This document shows, one piece after another, positions 27,001 to 32,000 of a stretch of DNA of 32,000 bases (its first letter is position 1; every line of letters starts with the position of its first letter). The DNA comes from an uncultured Ructibacterium sp. (GTDB lineage Bacteria; Bacillota; Clostridia; Monoglobales; Monoglobaceae), in the NCBI GenBank assembly GCA_965146665.1, contig CBCTHE010000003.1, positions 90,545 to 122,544 on the forward strand, in the 5' to 3' direction. The notes under the pieces are model-generated. The model was not told where the DNA came from, made no database searches, and was given only the letters and a program-made list of their open reading frames with translations. The translations under genes were made by a program, and so were the position numbers.

Positions 27001-27123
27001 TTTCGTGACCTCCAAATATGTAGTTTTGTCTTTCGACACCGTAAGCATACTGCTTTGGGGGTTTAACAGCAATTATGCGACCGGACAGATCGCAGATTTG
27101 AACTTTCGGAAAGGAGAGAGGTT

Positions 27124-27213
27124 ATGAACGCAAAGACCATCATCGGAATTGTTCTGGTCGTCTTTATTTTGGGCGGCTTTGTGTTCCTGCAACTCAGAAA
27201 CCGCAGGAAGTAG
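27124..27213 (+). CDS. 29-aa single-TM peptide (not in the ORF track because it is under 60 aa)
   Basis: SD aaaggagagagg lies 3-6 nt before the ATG. The sequence is MNAKTIIGIVLVVFILGGFVFLQLRNRRK, a hydrophobic helix with a basic tail. A hairpin with a T-run follows it. Confidence 0.5.
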   Translation: MNAKTIIGIVLVVFILGGFVFLQLRNRRK

Positions 27214-27225
27214 GAAACAGGCAAC

Positions 27226-27255
27226 GGGGCGGAGGAAACTTCGCCCCAATTTTTA
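27226..27255 (+). terminator. Hairpin with a T-run after the small peptide ORF
   Basis: ggggcg / gaggaaactt / cgcccc, then aattttt. Confidence 0.5.
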
Positions 27256-27270
27256 TATTGGGAGGAAAAC

Positions 27271-27567
27271 ATGAATCAGACAACAACAGTCGAGAGCCGA
27301 GTGCTTGAGATTATGAGGAACTGCCCTCGCTCCAGATATGACGATATGGCGCTTGCCACGCAGTATTACTGCCGCTTTGGGCATCGAAAGATCGCAGAGC
27401 TGCCCTTTGGGTATGTGATGTTCAACTATAAAAGGTTTGGGCTGCCCTGCTTTGAGACAATCCGAAGGGCGAGGCAGAGGGTGCAGTCCCTTTTCCCTGA
27501 GCTGTCCCGCAGCGCCAGCGAACCGGAAAACACCGAGCTGATCCTGATGCTCCAGATAGGGGGGTGA
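27271..27567 (+). CDS. Hypothetical small protein (98 aa), conjugative-element/phage-type
   Basis: SD gggagg. The pattern ...RSRYDDMALATQYY...GLPCFETIRRARQRVQSLFPEL resembles a small winged-helix-like family seen in phages and ICEs (from memory). Confidence 0.7.
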   Translation: MNQTTTVESRVLEIMRNCPRSRYDDMALATQYYCRFGHRKIAELPFGYVMFNYKRFGLPCFETIRRARQRVQSLFPELSRSASEPENTELILMLQIGG

Positions 27568-27571
27568 AGAT

Positions 27572-27820
27572 ATGCCGAGAACAGCAAATACAACGCCTGT
27601 GACCTTTCAACAAAAGATGAAGGTGCTGACAAAGCTGTATGAGGGCGGCTGCAAGATGGAAAAGGAGCTGCAAGCGCTGGAACTTGCGGAGATGCTGAAA
27701 ATCCCAAACATTACTGTGCAGGAGCTTTCCATCATCGTAGAGCTGCAAAAGAGCGTGAAAGGTCACACTTTCTATTCCTACCTTGGAGGTGGAGACGATG
27801 AACAATCCACTCAGGAATGA
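27572..27820 (+). CDS. Hypothetical small protein (82 aa)
   Basis: It starts 4 nt after the previous stop. Composition is coding-like and the C-terminal tail is acidic. No family recognised. Confidence 0.6.
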   Translation: MPRTANTTPVTFQQKMKVLTKLYEGGCKMEKELQALELAEMLKIPNITVQELSIIVELQKSVKGHTFYSYLGGGDDEQSTQE

Positions 27821-28382
27821 TGGTCGCCGCATTATATGGAGTGACATGGATCTCCACAGGAGGGACTGGCAAGAAGATTTCGAGGAGTATGTCAAGGAAA
27901 ACAGGTTGGATATAGACCCCACAGACGAAGATGCTCTCTACGACTGGATGATTGATACCAACGATAATTATCTTAATGATGAGCGCATGAATCTTGATAT
28001 TCAGCTCACTCAGCCCATCATCGTCATAGGCGACCTCGGACGGTGGAACGGCAGAGTGATGGGCTATAAGATGATCGACTCCGGAAACATCAAGGATTGC
28101 CTGTATTCCGACACCGATTTCACCGAATGGTATGTTGACCGGTACGGAGATCTGCGGGCGGACGCCATTCACCATGACGGGACAAATCACTACCTCTATC
28201 GAGTGTTCAAAGAGGGCGTGACAGACTCCCAGATTGAACGCTTGCAGGACAAAATCTATATGGGGAAAGCGACCAGAGCGGACATCACAAGGGTTACTAA
28301 GAGGCTCGGTGATGAAATCGGCAGGGTTTACGGCTGTGACTTTCCGAAGAGCAGAACAACGGTTGAAAGGGAGGTTGGCTAA
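27798..28382 (+). CDS. Hypothetical protein (194 aa), conserved conjugative-element ORF
   Basis: ATG 27798 is 8 nt after ggagg and overlaps the previous ORF by 23 nt (the track start 27783 is TTG). The protein is acidic and Trp/Tyr-rich. No enzymatic motif recognised. Confidence 0.72.
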   Translation: MNNPLRNDGRRIIWSDMDLHRRDWQEDFEEYVKENRLDIDPTDEDALYDWMIDTNDNYLNDERMNLDIQLTQPIIVIGDLGRWNGRVMGYKMIDSGNIKDCLYSDTDFTEWYVDRYGDLRADAIHHDGTNHYLYRVFKEGVTDSQIERLQDKIYMGKATRADITRVTKRLGDEIGRVYGCDFPKSRTTVEREVG

Positions 28383-29324
28383 ATGGAGCTTCATATCAGA
28401 CCTATGTGCTTTGAGGAGCGCAAATATGCCTATGAGCAAAGCTCGCAGCTCATGAGCCAGACTGGAAGTATTGGGCGGCTTAGAGGCGACTTTGGCTCCG
28501 GTGGCATGGAGTTCTGGACAACTTGGGAGGATCACCAGAAAGACTTGAAAACCGATGCTTTTAAGGCAGAGCTGGATGATGTCATCAATGCTCTGCGCTC
28601 CGAGGAATACGGTTTGCTCAAAGATAGGCGCAGCATGGTGAGCTTTGCACGAAGGGAGCCGGACAGCGCCTTTAAGGGAAACTACACCACCGAGTATGGT
28701 TTTCGTGTGGATACCAAAGAACATGCTTTCCTGATCCGGTGCAATCCCCAGCAGGGCGACTATAACTTCTACTGCTTCTGCTATGTCTCCAAATGGCTGG
28801 ATCAGAACATCGAGGAAGCCCGCAAGGATATTCGTTTCATTGACAGCGGCTACAATGAGCTTTTCAGGCTTCCCGATGGAGAGCAGATTACAATTACTCT
28901 GTCTACCGATGAGAAGCTGGATAGAACCTGCCGCTATATTGACGAAACTCATCTTGAGGTAGGTCGCAGTCTCTATCACATCTGCGAGTTTGCAGAGCGC
29001 ATGGAGCGCAACGGGAACACTTATGCACCGAAAGAGCCGCCGCTCCCGCCGAAGTGTTTTACACTGTTGCCCTCAAGCGGGGACATCATCGAAATCACTC
29101 GCTTTGAAAAGGGATATAGACCTATCCGAAAAAGAGAAGCCTTTGAAACACAGGGTGGAAGAGAGCTGTTTGTGGATACCGCAAACAAGAGAATGGGTGT
29201 GACAAAGGCTCAGGAAGCCGCTATGCTGGCTGGCTCCCTGTTCGGGTGGGACGCCCCCGCCGCAAAGCCGAAAAACTATGATGAGAACGGAAAGGCAATC
29301 AAGCCAAAAGATCGAGAGCGATAA
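28383..29324 (+). CDS. Hypothetical protein (313 aa), conserved conjugative-element ORF
   Basis: The ATG directly abuts the previous TAA, with SD gggagg. Segments such as QTGSIGRLRGDFGSGG, AELDDVINALRSE, YGFRVDT..HAFLIRCNPQQGDYNFYCFCY and YHICEFAERMERNG are familiar from Clostridia ICEs (from memory), with function unknown. Confidence 0.78.
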   Translation: MELHIRPMCFEERKYAYEQSSQLMSQTGSIGRLRGDFGSGGMEFWTTWEDHQKDLKTDAFKAELDDVINALRSEEYGLLKDRRSMVSFARREPDSAFKGNYTTEYGFRVDTKEHAFLIRCNPQQGDYNFYCFCYVSKWLDQNIEEARKDIRFIDSGYNELFRLPDGEQITITLSTDEKLDRTCRYIDETHLEVGRSLYHICEFAERMERNGNTYAPKEPPLPPKCFTLLPSSGDIIEITRFEKGYRPIRKREAFETQGGRELFVDTANKRMGVTKAQEAAMLAGSLFGWDAPAAKPKNYDENGKAIKPKDRER

Positions 29325-29339
29325 AGGAGGTGTAGACCG

Positions 29340-32000
29340 ATGGCTCGAAAGTATGACCTGATTTCTGAACTATACAACCGTACTGCAAAAAGGGTGGTGG
29401 GCAACCCCGAAAGCTGGCAGCAGTTCTTGGATTCAGCTTGCAGGAACTTCAAGCTCCGTTTTGACGAGCAGCTTTTGATCTTTGCCCAGCGCCCCGATGC
29501 AACCGCCGTTTTGGAAATTGAGCGGTGGAACGAGGGTTTTGGCAGATGGGTCAACAGGGGCGCAAGAGGTATCGCCGTTTTTGAGGACAGCGACCGCAGC
29601 CACCAGCGGCTCAAACACTATTTCGATGTTTCGGATACCCACCCCAGCCGGTATTCTCGTCCTGTTCCTATCTGGCAGATGGAGCCGGAGTATGAAGCTG
29701 AGGTAATCGAAACCTTGGAGAGTACCTTCGGTACACTTTCCGAAAAGGACACACTGGAAGCCGCCATTCTGAGCGCCGCCAAGAACGCCGTTGAGGACAA
29801 TATTCCCGATTATGAGCGTGACTTGCTCTATACAGTAAGGGACAGCTTTCTGGAGGAGCTGGACGAGGATATGGTTACGGCGATGTATCGGAAGGTAGTC
29901 CGAAACAGCGTCGCCTATATGCTGATGAGCCGTCTGGGACTGGACACCGGCGACTATTTTGAGCGCAGTGACTTTGAAGATATTATCAACTTCAATACCG
30001 GCGAGACCATGAACGCTTTAGGCTTTGCCACCAGCGACATTGCGGAAATGGCACTGACGGAGATAGCCAGAACGATCAATTCCCTGAATCGGAAAAATCG
30101 CATAATTGCGGGACGGGCGCAGGGCGGTTACAATGATGGCGTAGAAATAACGAAAGAAAGGGGTTCTGAGCATGAGCGAAGTCAGTTACACGATGCAGGG
30201 GGATTACCAGCTCCCGAACCTGAAGCTGCCGGAGCAGCCGGAAGTAACTTTGGGCAAGTACGCAGGGCTGAGGAAGAAATACCTGAAGGAGCATCATCGA
30301 GTGTTGTACTACAATCTGCTGACGAGCTGCAAGCTGGAGGAACATCTGGCGGAGGTAGAGCAGAGGGCGACCTCGATGGAGGAAATGCTGGTGCGTCAGA
30401 TGGCGGACAAGCAGGGCGTGACCGAGCGTCTGAAAGCGGAGGACATGATGGCTTGGGTTCGGAAGATGAACAATCTGAGGAACTCAGCGCAGGAGATCGT
30501 GTTGGCGGAAGTGGTTTACGCCTAAGCTGGCATGAGCGGTCTGATGAGGACAAAACAATTCCGTTCCTTGGTTCCGATGATGATGTAAACGCCATTCTGC
30601 TGGCAACGCCGCACCTGAAAAAGTCTAAGGCGCTCATTCGTGACTTCCTTGAAGGCAAGCCTGACGAGCATACTCGGACAGATTTTATCAAGGAATGTTT
30701 TAATAACGACTACACTGAGGTTATTCTCGATGATGGTCGCAGAATGGGCTATAAGACCTATGAAAATGTGCTGCACCTGTGGGAAGGCAGCTATCTGTCT
30801 CGCACAAAACAGGCATATTATGATTGGGGTGTCATTGCCGCCCACTTCGAGGGCTTACGGCTTTTGGGAGAGCTTCAGGACAACATGAAACCCCTTCCGT
30901 CTATGGAGGGACAGCAGGAAACACTTGCTTTGGCAGAGGAGAAATCCTCTGCCTTTTCCTTTTCACAGGAGATCATCGACGCTGTTCTCACTCGTGGGAG
31001 CAATGTAGAAGAGGGCAAGTTCCGCATCTATGAGCAGTTTCAAAAGAGCTTGTCCGCAAAAGAAAACATTGACTTTCTCAAAAAGGAGTACGGCTGGGGC
31101 GGCATTTATCCCGTTATCACCGGCACAGGTATTGATGAGCAGCACGATGGCAAGGGCATCACCCTGCAAAGAGGATTCGGGGAACACGATCCCCGCATTA
31201 CCCTGAAATGGGATAAGGTTGAAAAGCGGATAGCAGAGCTGATCCGCTTAGACAGATACCTGAATCCCAAAGAGGTGGAGCTTTACCCCGCATGGCTTGC
31301 AAAGCAGGAGGAACGCCGGCAGGAGCAGAGAGAGCGGCAGGCGGTTCGAGAGGTACTGAACACAGCACCGCAGGCGCAGGAGCCAGTGCCGGAGCCGGAA
31401 CCGGAACCAGCATCACACTATGAGTACCATCTGGGGGATAAGGTTTACTTTGGAGCAGACGAGTTTGAAATCCTATCGCTTTCCGGTGACAGGGTTTTGC
31501 TCTATGATACGAAATTCCCCCTGTTCCAAAGGGAAGAGACAAGGGAGGACTTTGAGCGTAAGGTGCAGGAGAATCCGCTCAACGACCATTTGAAGGTGCG
31601 GGACAGCGAGATTGCTACCGTACCGTCTGACACTCCAAAAAAGGAGATTCCAGAAGCCGATGACCGTTTCCATGTAGTAGAGCTGGACAGGGGCTATCAG
31701 ACTGCCTATGGCATTTGGGACGATGAGCATAACTCTGAATATGTGGACGAGGAAGGCGTCAGCGAGGAGTTCCTGAGCGAATGGGAAGCCAATGCTTATG
31801 CAGAAAAGCTCAACACTGCTTGGAGGGAGCAGCCCGTTCAGGAAAAGCCCTCTCAGATTCAGGAATACAGCCGGATAAAGGAAGAGAATCCCGCCAGTGT
31901 TTTGCTGTACCAGAATGGGGATTCCTTTGTGGCTTATCACGAGGACGCAAAAGTGCTTGGGGACTTTCTGGGTATTGCTCCGTCAACACAGGAGTTGGCA
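29340..32000 (+). CDS. N-terminal 887 codons of a very large multidomain (polyvalent-type) conjugative-element protein, open at the window end
   Basis: ATG 29340 is 8 nt after SD aaggagg. I checked every codon by coordinate (codon starts divisible by 3) and found no stop through 32000. It is absent from the ORF track because no stop lies in the window. Layout: a globular N-terminal domain, a low-complexity linker of about 120 aa, further globular segments, a PEPEPEP linker and a MutS-domain-I-like stretch at the end. Confidence 0.85.
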   Translation, partial: MARKYDLISELYNRTAKRVVGNPESWQQFLDSACRNFKLRFDEQLLIFAQRPDATAVLEIERWNEGFGRWVNRGARGIAVFEDSDRSHQRLKHYFDVSDTHPSRYSRPVPIWQMEPEYEAEVIETLESTFGTLSEKDTLEAAILSAAKNAVEDNIPDYERDLLYTVRDSFLEELDEDMVTAMYRKVVRNSVAYMLMSRLGLDTGDYFERSDFEDIINFNTGETMNALGFATSDIAEMALTEIARTINSLNRKNRIIAGRAQGGYNDGVEITKERGSEHERSQLHDAGGLPAPEPEAAGAAGSNFGQVRRAEEEIPEGASSSVVLQSADELQAGGTSGGGRAEGDLDGGNAGASDGGQAGRDRASESGGHDGLGSEDEQSEELSAGDRVGGSGLRLSWHERSDEDKTIPFLGSDDDVNAILLATPHLKKSKALIRDFLEGKPDEHTRTDFIKECFNNDYTEVILDDGRRMGYKTYENVLHLWEGSYLSRTKQAYYDWGVIAAHFEGLRLLGELQDNMKPLPSMEGQQETLALAEEKSSAFSFSQEIIDAVLTRGSNVEEGKFRIYEQFQKSLSAKENIDFLKKEYGWGGIYPVITGTGIDEQHDGKGITLQRGFGEHDPRITLKWDKVEKRIAELIRLDRYLNPKEVELYPAWLAKQEERRQEQRERQAVREVLNTAPQAQEPVPEPEPEPASHYEYHLGDKVYFGADEFEILSLSGDRVLLYDTKFPLFQREETREDFERKVQENPLNDHLKVRDSEIATVPSDTPKKEIPEADDRFHVVELDRGYQTAYGIWDDEHNSEYVDEEGVSEEFLSEWEANAYAEKLNTAWREQPVQEKPSQIQEYSRIKEENPASVLLYQNGDSFVAYHEDAKVLGDFLGIAPSTQELA
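30172..30525 (+). CDS. tnpV: TnpV-family protein ORF, nested in the +1 frame inside the large ORF
   Basis: 117 aa with an SD-like gaaagggg 8 nt upstream. The sequence MSEVSYTMQGDYQLPNLKLPEQPEVTLGKYAGLRKKYLKEHHRVLYYNLLTSCKLEEHLAEVEQRA...QGVTERLKAEDMMAWVRKMNNLRNSAQEIVLAEVVYA matches the TnpV pattern as I recall it (GDYxLPNL, LGKY..R..YL.EH, HLAE, GVTE.LKA.D.M.WV..MNN.R). Whether it is expressed is unknown. Confidence 0.6.
   Translation: MSEVSYTMQGDYQLPNLKLPEQPEVTLGKYAGLRKKYLKEHHRVLYYNLLTSCKLEEHLAEVEQRATSMEEMLVRQMADKQGVTERLKAEDMMAWVRKMNNLRNSAQEIVLAEVVYA

Larger units (their letters stand above)
20430..32000. mobile_element. Left arm of an integrated conjugative or plasmid-like element (continues beyond the window); left boundary approximate
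   Basis: The core gene run ends at lysS and its terminators. What follows is parA/parB, a surface adhesin-like protein, small ORFs that I recall as typical of Clostridia conjugative elements, a TnpV-family ORF and a very large multidomain ORF. No relaxase, T4SS or integrase lies inside the window, so the element class is inferred. Confidence 0.7.

Noticed and set aside
27732-28979. 415-aa minus-strand ORF spanning three plus-strand ORFs
   Set aside because: The plus-strand ORFs each have a strong SD and coupled start/stop spacing. The minus-strand product has no SD and an I/V/L/A-rich shadow composition.
30182-30691. 169-aa minus-strand ORF antisense to the TnpV and linker region
   Set aside because: It is a P/S/A-rich low-complexity product with no SD. 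Its openness reflects the purine-rich GAR/GCN codon bias of the region, and it is noted only as context for the nested-ORF finding.
1-32000. CRISPR arrays, tRNA or rRNA genes, and IS elements with terminal inverted repeats
   Set aside because: Reading both strands, I saw no regularly spaced repeat-spacer structure, no T-loop (GGTTCGAAT-like) with an acceptor stem, no rRNA-like segments and no transposase ORF. This was a visual scan only, so tRNAscan, Infernal and CRISPR finders should confirm it.

Overview
The window looks like a Clostridia-type Firmicutes chromosome. That assignment is inferred from gene content (an SLH surface protein, a NodB deacetylase of the SFDAAWG type, an ftsEX-M23-ctpA cluster and typical gut-Clostridia conjugative-element genes), and no search was possible. 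It has four blocks.

- **Block 1, 1-9.2 kb (housekeeping):** P-type cation ATPase, malQ, an ABC exporter, ilvE, a double-OB-fold SSB-like protein, a small membrane-anchored hypothetical and a NodB polysaccharide deacetylase.
- **Block 2, about 9.17-12.1 kb (decayed integrative element):** a large serine recombinase, a small ORF, an XRE regulator and an internally deleted amidase remnant. Its left junction replaces the 3' end of the deacetylase gene.
- **Block 3, 12.2-20.2 kb (conserved core cluster):** PucR-type regulator, ftsE, ftsX, coiled-coil M23 peptidase, S41 peptidase CtpA, a hypothetical, greA and lysS.
- **Block 4, about 20.4-32.0 kb (left arm of an integrated conjugative or plasmid-like element):**
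  - a roughly 370-nt ORF-free, hairpin-rich leader, then parA and parB;
  - a 1088-aa Cys-repeat/SLH surface protein and a convergent secreted protein;
  - a 29-aa membrane peptide and four tightly packed ORFs of unknown function;
  - a large ORF (29340 to beyond 32000) that is missing from the supplied ORF track because it has no stop codon inside the window.

The most unusual observation is a complete TnpV-family ORF (30172-30525). It sits in the +1 frame inside the low-complexity linker of that uninterrupted large ORF, so this is either dual coding or a fusion. I saw no rRNA, tRNA or CRISPR array, and I could not identify a clear-cut defence system. Functional calls rest on motifs read from the translations and on family knowledge from memory.
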